Below, in pieces: positions 1 to 11,200 of a stretch of DNA of 64,000 bases. The notes beneath the pieces are model-generated. The model made no database searches, was not told the DNA's origin, and was given only the letters and a program-made list of their open reading frames with translations. The position numbers were made by a program, and so were the translations under genes. The stretch lies in the IMG/VR virus record IMGVR_UViG_3300025030_000069, one strand, 5' to 3'. The first letter of the stretch is position 1. Every line of letters starts with the position of its first letter. The stretch comes from an uncultured virus (IMG/VR IMGVR_UViG_3300025030_000069) (taxonomy: Duplodnaviria > Heunggongvirae > Uroviricota > Caudoviricetes > Crassvirales).

Positions 1-1
1 G

Positions 2-1234
2 ATGAAAATGGGAGGTAAATTACCTAAATATGATGTTGGAGGACTTTTCAGTGGATTTTTAAATATGTTAAATCCAAATTGGGGAGAATCTGGAGTTGGT
101 AGCAGTCCCGAAACAACAACATCTTATACAGAAGATAAAAGTAAAGGAAAAGCATGGAATTGGAGTTTTCAACCACACGAAATAAGTGCAGATGTAGATG
201 TTTTAAAATGGTTTAGAAATATGAAAGAAAAAAGAAATCAAACTGCATTAGATATACCTAATATACCTCAAAATACAATGAATACAACTACTCCACAAAG
301 AACAGGTAGATTATCACCTGATAAAAATCCTACTTATTATAGAAAAGGCGGTAGTTTACCAAAATACGAATTTGGTACTAATACAAGTAATTTTGGACAA
401 TATCAATCTAATAATTTTGGAGGATTAAATTACGACACCCCTACTTCAGGAGTAGGTACAAACTATTCATTTGATCCTAATACAGGGGGTTATGATTTTA
501 GTGCAGGAAATGATTTAAGTTCTTCTTATGGACAATATGAAGGTTATGGTAGTGGATATGGAAACTATAATACTTCTGGGGGAGGAAATGGAACTGATTA
601 TAGTAAATATGCAAAATATGCAAAATATGCACCAGGATTATTTAATTTAGGTAAAGGATTATTTGATAAAAAAGATTATGGTAATATACAAACTACCAAT
701 CCTTTTGAAAATGATTTTTTAAATAGAATACATTCAAGTGAAGCGGGAATGACAGAATCTAAAAATCTATTAAGAGCAAGTGGTAAATATGACCCAAGAA
801 ATGAATTGAATGCAGTTGAAGAAAACTATAAATTAAATAAAGCAAATGCTCAAAACGCTACTGGTGCTGAAAGATTAGTAATGAATACAAGAGCAGGAGC
901 TAATAGATTGAGTGGTAAATCTAAAGTATTTACCAATGCTCAAAATTGGGAAAAGAATAGAGCTTATCAAATAGGGTTAGGTTTAAATCAAATAGATGAA
1001 AGACTTGCTTCTAATGCTGAAAGAATGGGTAATTTTGGTGCAGGAAAATTAAATCTTATGAATGTAAAAGAAGATAGAAGATTAGCAACAGATTCTGCTG
1101 CAAAAAATCAACAAATGGTAGGATTAAGTCAAATGTTTGATGCTTGGCAATTACAACAACAACAAGATGAACAAGCAAAAAGAGATGCTAAATATTATGA
1201 GTGGTTATATAATGCTTATCCTAAAGGTAAATAA
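2..1234 (+). CDS. Virion internal/cargo protein, probably 5'-truncated
   Basis: ORF starts at the window edge. It is Gly/Asn/Tyr-rich with repeated (K/M)GGxLPKY motifs and lies upstream of the virion RNAP, as crAss-like cargo genes do. Confidence 0.55.
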   Translation: MKMGGKLPKYDVGGLFSGFLNMLNPNWGESGVGSSPETTTSYTEDKSKGKAWNWSFQPHEISADVDVLKWFRNMKEKRNQTALDIPNIPQNTMNTTTPQRTGRLSPDKNPTYYRKGGSLPKYEFGTNTSNFGQYQSNNFGGLNYDTPTSGVGTNYSFDPNTGGYDFSAGNDLSSSYGQYEGYGSGYGNYNTSGGGNGTDYSKYAKYAKYAPGLFNLGKGLFDKKDYGNIQTTNPFENDFLNRIHSSEAGMTESKNLLRASGKYDPRNELNAVEENYKLNKANAQNATGAERLVMNTRAGANRLSGKSKVFTNAQNWEKNRAYQIGLGLNQIDERLASNAERMGNFGAGKLNLMNVKEDRRLATDSAAKNQQMVGLSQMFDAWQLQQQQDEQAKRDAKYYEWLYNAYPKGK

Positions 1235-1256
1235 TTAATTTCTTAAATAAAAAGAT

Positions 1257-3689
1257 ATGAGTATTTCTATATACGATAAACCATTAATGGTTAATTTTAG
1301 AGAACCTTTAGGTCCTGATAATGAAACCAAACAATTAATGCTTTATGCTGCTAAACAGAAACAACAAGAGTATGATACTAATATTGCTACTGGAGATAAA
1401 CTAAAAGAAAATTTTATACTTCAACCTGGACCTATTACTCAAGAAAAAGTAAAAGAAATTCATGGAAGATTTTCTCCTAAAATTGATGATGCAATAGCGC
1501 AATATAATAAAAATAACAATCCTGTTGAATTTAAAAATAATTTATTAAAAATAAAAAGTGAATTTGAACAGGATTCTGAAGTACAAGCTGTAAAAATTGA
1601 TCAGACAATGTGGAAACCTGCTGGAGATATAGCAGTTACACCAGGTTTAGAAGAATATGAACAATCTTTAATAAATCCTAACACTAAACAATTTAATCAG
1701 TTACAAGGAAAAATAACACCTGATTCTGTTATAAATTCTTATAAAACTATTAAACCATCTAATTATCAAGAAGGGTTAATGAAAACAGGTATTGAATCTA
1801 TAAAAGAACAAATAATTTCTGATGGAGCAACAAGATGGGAAGTAGATCCTCAAACAGGTAAAAATTATCAAGTATCTTCTGATGGAAAAAGAACAGAATT
1901 TACAAGAGAACATGCAGAAAACCTATTATTAAATAATGATGGAAGTATTTCTGAATTTGGTAAACAAGTAGTGGGTTCTGTTGCAGGTCAAGAATTTGCC
2001 CCTTATTACATGAGCAAAACAGCAAGAGAGAAAAAAGGAGTACATTCAGATACTCCAGAAGGAGTAATTCAAGATTTATTAAATTCAATGGAGGGCAAAT
2101 ACTATAAAACACCTCCAAGAGAAACTGTAAGTAATGTACCTCAAGATGGAAGAGGTTCTGGAAATGGTAATAAAAAGAATCCTGAAGAAACATTGCCTCC
2201 ATCATTTGAAAGTATAGGAGGAGGTACTTTAATACCAGATATTACATCACCTGATGAACAAGGGCTTAATAGAGGTATAGAAACTTTTCAAACAAATTAT
2301 ACTACTTATAAGAATAATGCTGTTAAAGTTTATCAGGAAGAACTTAATGCTATTGGTATCAAAGGTTCTATTTCAGTAGATGAAACTAATAAAACAGGAC
2401 CTAAATTTAAATTACCTGCAAGAGAAGATATAGGTTATAATAATTTAGATGCTAATAAAAAAGTAGCTTATGATAATTTAGAAAGTAAAACAAATGAAGC
2501 TAATCAATTACTACAAGTTAATCATAGTAAACTTACAGCATTAACTGATTTTAAAGAAAATTGGGATAAGAAATTAGAATCTGTTATTACTCCTGAAGAT
2601 CAAAAAAAACTTGAATTATATAAAAAAGCATACTCAACAGATATTAGTAATTGGGGAGAAGAGTATCAAAAAATGGTTAAAAAAGGCAATATGCCTTCAA
2701 CTGAAGACATACCTAATATAATTGAATATACTCTTAGAGAAAAAGCACAAAATAAATGGCTAAAAGAAAATAATCTTAAAGCAATTGAATTATTTAAACA
2801 AAGAGATGAAGAATTAAAACAATTATCTACAAATCAATCATTTCCTGGAGTATCTTATAGTTTATCAAGTATTGCCTCTAAAGAAAGTTCTAAACCTAAA
2901 GTAGAAGCACTTAAAAGTTTAGCTGAATCAGCACTAACTTTAGGAATGACAAAAAATATAAGATATGCTGCAACAGATGCTACTATAAATGACACAGATT
3001 TACAAATATTAAAAACATTAACTTCTGAAGAAAAAAAGAATTTAATAAATAACGCTGTAATTAGAAGAGATGATCATAATAATGAATGGGTAATAGACAT
3101 TAATATAGCATCTTTGACACAAGATGGTACAACTAAAGGAGACTCTAAAATACTTGAATTACACGGTATTGATTTAAAAAGCTCATTAATTGACTTAGGA
3201 TTATTAGATAATAATGGAATAGTAGAAGAAAAAACACAAGAATTAACAAGAAATTTTGATAAAAATGCTAAGTTAAAATCTAAATTAGAAGATAGTTTTG
3301 ACTTAGGTGGAGGAAATACTTTAGAAGTTGTAACTAATTTCAAAAGAAATATATACGGAACTCCAACTGATAAACCACAAACAATAACTGCTGATTATGA
3401 AGGTAATGAAGTTACAGTAGATACTTATAAAGAAGCTGTTAAATTACATCAAAGTATAGGATTAGCAAAACAAATATATAATTCATCTGATGAACAGTTT
3501 AAATATCTTGCTGGAGAAGGTATAACAAAAGACAAATATATAAATGATGTTCTTAAATCAGAAGGATTTTCAGAACAACAGATTAAAAATATTAAGGCCT
3601 CTTTTGAAAAAAATAAAATAAATATGCCTCAAGGAGAAGGAGGAACTAACACGGGTTTTCCAGTGGAGGGAACAAAACTGGGGTACTAA
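1257..3689 (+). CDS. Virion cargo/ejection protein (810 aa); likely also made as a -1 frameshift fusion with 3737..5260
   Basis: Long ORF in the cargo block. A slippery heptamer and stem sit just before its stop. Confidence 0.6.
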   Translation: MSISIYDKPLMVNFREPLGPDNETKQLMLYAAKQKQQEYDTNIATGDKLKENFILQPGPITQEKVKEIHGRFSPKIDDAIAQYNKNNNPVEFKNNLLKIKSEFEQDSEVQAVKIDQTMWKPAGDIAVTPGLEEYEQSLINPNTKQFNQLQGKITPDSVINSYKTIKPSNYQEGLMKTGIESIKEQIISDGATRWEVDPQTGKNYQVSSDGKRTEFTREHAENLLLNNDGSISEFGKQVVGSVAGQEFAPYYMSKTAREKKGVHSDTPEGVIQDLLNSMEGKYYKTPPRETVSNVPQDGRGSGNGNKKNPEETLPPSFESIGGGTLIPDITSPDEQGLNRGIETFQTNYTTYKNNAVKVYQEELNAIGIKGSISVDETNKTGPKFKLPAREDIGYNNLDANKKVAYDNLESKTNEANQLLQVNHSKLTALTDFKENWDKKLESVITPEDQKKLELYKKAYSTDISNWGEEYQKMVKKGNMPSTEDIPNIIEYTLREKAQNKWLKENNLKAIELFKQRDEELKQLSTNQSFPGVSYSLSSIASKESSKPKVEALKSLAESALTLGMTKNIRYAATDATINDTDLQILKTLTSEEKKNLINNAVIRRDDHNNEWVIDINIASLTQDGTTKGDSKILELHGIDLKSSLIDLGLLDNNGIVEEKTQELTRNFDKNAKLKSKLEDSFDLGGGNTLEVVTNFKRNIYGTPTDKPQTITADYEGNEVTVDTYKEAVKLHQSIGLAKQIYNSSDEQFKYLAGEGITKDKYINDVLKSEGFSEQQIKNIKASFEKNKINMPQGEGGTNTGFPVEGTKLGY

Positions 3690-3719
3690 CACCTGTTCCC
3701 TCCAGATTCATAGTTAGTA
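3653..3719 (+). promoter_or_regulatory. Programmed -1 ribosomal frameshift signal (slippery site plus H-type pseudoknot)
   Basis: G GGT TTT at 3653-3659 is in the 0 frame. Stem 1 is tggagggaaca 3664-3674 / tgttccctcca 3694-3704. Stem 2 is tactaac 3684-3690 / gttagta 3713-3719. The -1 frame is open into the downstream ORF. Confidence 0.8.
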
Positions 3720-3736
3720 AAAATGCAGAAAGTAAT

Positions 3737-5260
3737 TTGGTTAATCCTAGATTAGCAACAGCATTAGATAGTATTCCTACTGATATTAATCCCAATATCA
3801 ATTCAGCAATGAGAACTGCTGCAAATCCTGCTAAAAGTGAATATTCAGGTGAAAAAGGAACTTCTCCTCATTTAGATACAAATGGTGGAAGAGCTATTGA
3901 TGTGGCTAAAGATGCACAAGGATTAACATTTTGGAATTGGTTAAAAACATCGTCAGGAGAAGTATGGAGAAAAGAAAATAAAATTGAAGTATTGGTTGAA
4001 GATGACCATTTACATTTACAAATTGCAAGAAGTTCTTCTGATATTACTACAAAAACTCCTACAGAACCTATTGAAGAACCTTATACTCTAAAAGCTAAAG
4101 GAGAACAAATTGCTAATTTTAAAACACCTAAAAAAGAAGAACCTTATCAATTTAAAAATAAAATAGATTATATTCCTAATTTAACTAAAAATTTATTAGG
4201 AAATCCTAATACCCCATTAAAAGATAAAGAAATAATAACTAAACTTGATTCTATTCCCGCTAAAAAAGAATATAATGATACAGAATCTCAACCTTCTCTC
4301 TTACAAGAGGCAACAAATACTTTAAAAAATGAAGGTGTGGGTAATTTTATATCACAAGTAGGAAGTAAAATATCTAATGTAATAGCAGAAAACTTTGGAG
4401 GCAAAGAAGATATTGTAATAGAAACTAAAGAAGATAATAGTTTAGACCATTTAGGCACAATGTTAGGTTATAAAAAATTACAACAATATAATAAACCTGA
4501 TTCAGTTAAATTTACAATGCCTCAAATAACAATATTGGGAGATACTATACCAGATAAAGGAGATAAAGTATTTGTTCCTTTAGCGTTAAATACAGAAAAA
4601 AATACATTTGATTATAGAAACAGGGGGGAAGATAAGAATATAATTGGAAGTAAAGGAGCAATGTTATCTACTTATAACCCATTTTTTAAAACTTCTGAAT
4701 ATTTAACAGCAAAAAATTATAATTTTTATGCTAAAGCTACTAAAGATGATTCTGTAATTGCATTAGATACTAAAACAGGTAAGGTAACAGGAGGTAAATT
4801 TAAAGATTTTGAAAATAATCCTGATATGGTAGTAAGTCAAACCTTACCCGCAAAAAGAATTTCTGGTATAAAAATATCAAAAGATAATAGTTATTTTGAA
4901 GGAATTGCTCAAAGAGGTATTCATTTAAAAAGAAAAGACGGTTCAGAACAAAGTATTCCAATAGGTATAGGAGCAGATAATAGTGGAAAAAGATTAACTG
5001 GTTGGAGTGGGGGAAAAATGTTTATTACTCAATTAAACGGTAGTAATGGATTTTTTGTTTATGGAACAGCAGAACAATTAAAAAGACAACTGGAAGAATA
5101 TAAGAAGATAAATGAAGTGGACGAAGTTTTATGGTATGACTTAGATCAAAAAGCATTTAGTCAAGCTTATCAAACTAAATCAGGAAAAATAACAAAAGAA
5201 GAACTAAAGAGAATGGATAATACTAATTCTTCTGGGGGAAATGTTTTATATTTACAATAA
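3737..5260 (+). CDS. Peptidase M15-like (Zn cell-wall peptidase) domain protein, probably the C-terminal extension of the upstream cargo protein
   Basis: Motif SAMR...SPHLDTNGGRAIDV...DHLHLQI (H-x-D...HxH Zn ligands). The only start is a weak TTG, and the frame is open back to the slippery site. Confidence 0.65.
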   Translation: MVNPRLATALDSIPTDINPNINSAMRTAANPAKSEYSGEKGTSPHLDTNGGRAIDVAKDAQGLTFWNWLKTSSGEVWRKENKIEVLVEDDHLHLQIARSSSDITTKTPTEPIEEPYTLKAKGEQIANFKTPKKEEPYQFKNKIDYIPNLTKNLLGNPNTPLKDKEIITKLDSIPAKKEYNDTESQPSLLQEATNTLKNEGVGNFISQVGSKISNVIAENFGGKEDIVIETKEDNSLDHLGTMLGYKKLQQYNKPDSVKFTMPQITILGDTIPDKGDKVFVPLALNTEKNTFDYRNRGEDKNIIGSKGAMLSTYNPFFKTSEYLTAKNYNFYAKATKDDSVIALDTKTGKVTGGKFKDFENNPDMVVSQTLPAKRISGIKISKDNSYFEGIAQRGIHLKRKDGSEQSIPIGIGADNSGKRLTGWSGGKMFITQLNGSNGFFVYGTAEQLKRQLEEYKKINEVDEVLWYDLDQKAFSQAYQTKSGKITKEELKRMDNTNSSGGNVLYLQ

Positions 5261-5266
5261 TTTTAC

Positions 5267-5274
5267 TATCTTTG
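5267..5274 (+). promoter_or_regulatory. Bacteroidota sigma-A -7 box upstream of the vRNAP gene
   Basis: TATCTTTG matches TAnnTTTG, 19 nt before the ATG. No clear -33 TTTG box. Confidence 0.45.
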
Positions 5275-5293
5275 TAAAAACAAATAATAGATA

Positions 5294-8200
5294 ATGGCAA
5301 ATCATCAATTAGACCCTATTACAGGATTACCTGAAAAAAAGATTAATTCTAATACTATAGATCCTAAGACAGGACTATCTCAGGAAACTCTTGAATACTT
5401 TAATTTTACTCGTAAGCAAGAAAAACTTAGATTTAATCCTTATGATACAAGTTTAGGAGAAGCTGAATCATTTACTGATGAAGAATATAAAAGTTTTACT
5501 AAAAGAGGTATTGATCCTGGAAGAGCAGGTAAAGAATTAGCTACTGAATTTAGAGCAGAAAGACAAGGTTCAGGAGAATCAATATTTAATGGACTTGTAG
5601 GAGGTACTGCTATGACTGCTACAAGAATTGTAGGTGGTATAGGAGATATAGCAATAGCTGTACCTACATTAATAGCTGCTGCTGCAACACAAGATGCTTC
5701 TAAATTAGAAACTATATTTGATAATCCATTTTCTAATGGGATAAAAGATATAGAGAATAGTATTAGAGAAACATTGCCTATTTATAATACTAAAGGAGAT
5801 GAAGCTAAAAATTTCTTACATAGAGCTTTAACTGATTTAGATTACTGGACTGATGATTTAATTAGAGAAGGTGGTAGTTTCTTAGCGTCAGCTTATTTAA
5901 CTGGTATGGGAGCATCTAAACTTCTTAGTCCCTTAACTAAATCTTTATATGCAAGTAAATTAACTAAAGCTGCACAATTAGCAGAAGCTGAAGTTGCAGC
6001 ATCAGGATTAACAGGTGGAGCAGCAGATAAATTATATAAAACTGCATTAGCCCTACAAAAATCAGGATTATCTAAAAATATAGCAAATGCTCATCAATGG
6101 ACTATTGCAGGTACTGTAAGGAGTATTGAAAGTATTGCAGAAGGAGAACAAACTTATGATGCTGTTTATAAAGATTTAATTGATAAAGGTAGAGACCCCG
6201 AATATGCTAAATTAGAAGCTGCTAAAGCTGCTATGGCTACTACAGGTCTTAATATGTTATTAATGCCTTTAGAGTATATGCAAACTGGAGCATGGATGAA
6301 AACATTCTCTGGACTTAAAAGAGCATCAAGAACAGAATTACTTAAAGAAACTGCTAAAGGACTTGCTCCTAAAATGGGAGGAGCATTGAAAGAATTTGGT
6401 AAAACTGTAGGAGAACAAGCAATATCAGAAGGTATATTAGAAGAAGGATTACAAAAAGCATTTCAAGATTATACAACCAAAAAATATACTGGGAAATATG
6501 AAGATAATGAATTAAATCCTATTGCTAGTATAATGGAAGAATATATCAAAGGATTTGGCACTAAAGAAGGTTGGGATGCTATGGGTGCAGGTATGATATT
6601 AGGAGGATTATTTGGAGGAGGAGCTGGAATATATACTAATAAAACTAAAGAAGAAAAATTAAATACTTTAAAAAAAGCTATTGCTGATAATAAATTCTTG
6701 AAAAATGATTTATCAAGTTTTATTGATACTTCAACAGGTAAACCTTTAATTAACAAAGCAAAAGTAATTGAAACTATACAACAATCAGCTAACTTTCAAA
6801 ATTTAGAAAAAGGAAAACAACAAGCATTATTAAATAATTATGAAGAGGCATTTAAAGCAATAGATAATATTCAATTTGCTGATTGGGCATTTAGTCATTT
6901 TGAAGCAGGAATGGGAGAAAGGCTATTCAAGCAAATTGATGAGATGAAAGGGTATGATGATAAGAAATTAGAAGAATTAGGATTATCTGTAAAAGAGCTT
7001 AAAAACTCACAAGGTAAAGAAATTACAGCTTCTGAATTATCTGATAGATATAGACAAAAAGCTATTGAATTAGAAGAAATGTATAATGATATTGCTGATA
7101 GATTCGATGCTACACCTAAAGATAAAAGAGCAATATTAGACGAAGCTGTTATTCAACAGGAAACTATTAAGTCTATTGAAACTATAAACTCTAAAATAGA
7201 AAAAGGCATATCTAAAATAAATACTACAAAAAGAACAAGAAATACTGATTTCAAAGAAATAGAATCATTAGAAGATATAGTTAAAGATAAAGATAGTAAT
7301 TCTATAGTAAAAACATGGGCATCAGAAATGATTGCTAAAAGAAAAGATTTATTAAATACTCTTAAAGATTCTAATGATAGAACTGATAAATTAACTAATC
7401 CTGAAGCTCTTAAAAAAAATAAAAAAGCTACTACCTTAGAAGAAACAGAAACACCAAAAACCACAATAGAAGATATTGATACTTCAACTGATAAAGAAGA
7501 AGCAGCAAGGAAATATTATTTAGAAGCTACTGATATTGATGATTTAAATGAAAGAGTAAAAAAAATAAAAGCAAAATATCCTCAAGAGTTCTTAGCTAAA
7601 ATTCAAGGTACTTATGATCAGGTTTATAATCAGTTAAAGAATAGACCTACAGAACCAGAACCTCCTACTTCTATAGATATAAAAGCTAAAAAAGCTGATA
7701 TAGAAAGAAGAAGACAAGAATCAATAAATGGATATACAGATGAAGAAGGAGAATTTAATGGTATAAAACAATTTACTAAAGAACAAAAAGAAAATTTAGA
7801 TGAATTAGGTATATCCACTAAAAGTATAATTGGTGAATGGGAAGGATTTTATTTACAACCTGATATTACAGGAAAACTTGGAGAAGATTCTGAAAATGTT
7901 ATTGAATATATTAAAGGAAAAACAAAACAAGAAGTTAAAGATAAAATCAATGCTAAATATGATGCAGAATTAGATGCTTTAAAAACTAAACCTCCTACTC
8001 CACCTACACCTACTCCAGGACCAGTTGAAGATGAAGACCCTTTTAAATCAGATGAAGAAATAGAAGAAATAAAAAAAAGAGGTACTTCTTCAGAACCTGA
8101 AGAAGATGAAAGAGATACTGTAGAAGATAGTGATACTATTAATACTAATGAATTAACAAATACTCCAGGTAAAGGTTATAGTAGTGATAGATTAAAAATT

Positions 8201-11200
8201 ACTGAATATGGAGAGAATATGGGTGTTGATGATAAGCACAGCCCATTTATTCAAGCTAATTATGAATATAGAGATTTCTATGAAGAGATTCCAGCAGATG
8301 AAAGAGAAGGTCATAAGTTTTTAGTAGTTACAAAACAATCTCATCCTACAGTTGAAGGTAAAAAAGGATTATACGATCAAATATTAGATCAGGAAGCAAA
8401 CGATTTTGTAAAAATTGTTACTGAATTTGATGATGATCCAAAGTCTTCAAAAGAGTTTGAAGAACAATATAAAAGAGATAATAAAAAAGAATATGATAAA
8501 GGTATATGGTTAGTTCTTGTAGATGAAAAAGGCAAACCTATTACCCATAAAGGATATTTAATAGCAAGTACTCTTGAATCAGCTTATAGAATTGAAGAGA
8601 AAAAAATTATACCTGAAAAAGTATATGAACATCTTCAATCAAAAGGTAAAGGAGAAACTATAGACGCTACTACTGAAACTTTAATTGCTAATGCTAAAGT
8701 AGCATTAAATAACTTTAGAAATGAATTATTAAAACCATCTGATAAACCTAAATACTTACCTATTGCTTATTTAAGTAATGGATTAACTTCAGGATTGAAA
8801 GAAGACCCTGATTTTTCAGCATTTGAAAAAAGAGATGAAAATAATGAAAGAGTTGTTAAAAATGTAATTGGTAGAATAACTGAAAAAACTGATTTATCTG
8901 ATACAGATTTATATATACCTACTTCTAAAGAAGAAGGTAATACAGGTAAATTATATATAATAGAAAATGGTAAGAGAATAGATTTAATACAAAGAAAACT
9001 TAATGATACTGAAATAGATAAGATAATATCTCTTATAGATGAACATATTAATAGTGGAGGAAATACACAAGAATTTATTGTTGAGATAAAGAAGTTAATT
9101 TTTTTTAAAAGAGAGTCTAAAGCTCATATGAAGAAATACCAAATGTATTTTGATGGTATTACTCTTCATTATGGTGAGACCGGTATTATGCAAGGTGTAA
9201 ATCCTGAAATTCTTAAAAATTTCCTTCAAACTAAAAGAATTAATGCTAATACTAAATACTTAAATAAAAGATTTACTAATCCTCTTACAAGTAAACCTGA
9301 TTATTCTTACAATCAATTCTTACTTGAAGGTGAAAATCCTATGTTTGGTACTGATTTAAAGACTATGTATGAAGAATCAGGAGAAAGAAGAAGAAGATAT
9401 AAACAAAGATATTTTGTATATAAACCTGAAGCATTTCCTAATGCTCTTAGTGATAAAACTACTGATGTTAAAACAGAAGATGGTATTGCAGTACTTCCTG
9501 ATGAAGAATTTAAAGAAGGAGGGTTATTCAGATTAGTTTCTGTAGTAGATGAATCAACTCTTAAAACTCCTATATCTGAAGAAGAGAGAAAATGGCATGA
9601 AGAATACTTCCCTAATACTCCAATACAAACTTCAGTAGAAATAACAAGAAAATTAAAAGCAGAAGGTGCTTTTGCTAAAGTATTATCAAGTGCAAGAGTA
9701 ATTCAATTATCTGATGAAGCTCCTACAGGTACTTTATACCATGAAGGATTTCATGATGTAACTCAATATAGTTTAACTGAAAAAGAAACTAAATCATTAT
9801 ACAATGAAGCAAGACAGAGATTAGGATTACCTAAAGCATCTGATTTAGAAATAGAAGAGAAATTAGCTGAAGATTATGCTAATTATAGGAGAACAGGTAA
9901 AATACTTAGAAATGCTCCTAAAAGAAATGTATTCTTTAGAAGAATTGCTAATTTTATAAAAGATTTATTGGGATTATCTCCTACTAATATTCAACATTTA
10001 TACAAAAGATTAGATACAGGATTTTATAAAAATGCTAAAGTAATTGATAAACCAAGATTTAGTTCTTTACATAGAGATCAATTAGAAAAAGATATTACAG
10101 AAACAAAAGGAACTAAGTTTGTCAAAGAAGCATTAGATGGAATTCATGTAATGTTTTTTAAATTCTTATATGACAATCAAAAAACCCCTATAGCTGCTTT
10201 AAATAAAAAAAATGTTGATATTATATTACATAGCAAAGGAGGAGTTAAAAATCAAATTGATACTAAATATAGAGAAGCATTTGCTAAAAAAGACCCTATA
10301 GCAAATGAATATGCTTATATTTTAACTAATTGGAAAGGTTTTGTTAGTCTTTGGACTAAAAAAGCAAATACACTTGGATTAGCATTAGAAGTTAGAGAAA
10401 AAGAAAGTGATGAAAATAAAAGAGGAGGAGATGCTTTTCAGGAAGATTTCTCTGTAAGTCTTGAATCTCAAATGAGTAATCCTATAAGAATGTTAATTAG
10501 CTCTCTTAAATCAGGAGAAGTTAATGAATTAGGATTTCAAGAACCAGTAAACTTTAAATCAACTTACAGATTCCTTAGTGTTAATTTGCAAGGTGTAGGA
10601 AGTTCATTTAAAGATTTACACGCTAAACTTACAGAATTAGCTAAAAAATATCCTAATAAACCTGAATTAACAGATTTACTTACTATAATAGGAAAACCTG
10701 GAGAAGAAATACTAAGTAATGAAAAACAAAATTTCAAAACAGCATTTTTACAAGATTTTAATAAATACAAATACACTAATTGGAGAACTTTCTTCAAACC
10801 TAATGGAGTAATTGATATAGTTGATGCTACAAGACAAGTAGAAACTGAAACTTTAAGACAAAAATGGAGTGAAAATATAGTTGGATTATTTACACAAAAT
10901 GATCAAGGTAGAAATGTAATATCTAAAGAAGTATTAGATTCTTCTATTACTCATTCTATTGATAAACTTGCTTTAGATTTACAAATTAAATTCTTAGATA
11001 AAATTGGTATTACTTTATCTGAAGAAACAAAAGCCATTATAAGAGATTCAAGATTTAATAAATCAGAATTTACTCAATCAGTTGCTTGGATTAAAACTTA
11101 TTTAACAGAAACTGAAGGTGATATTACTAATCTTATTACTAAAGAGAAAAAACTAAGTAAAAAAGAAGAAGGAGAAAAAGGTAGTAAAATAAAATCCGAT

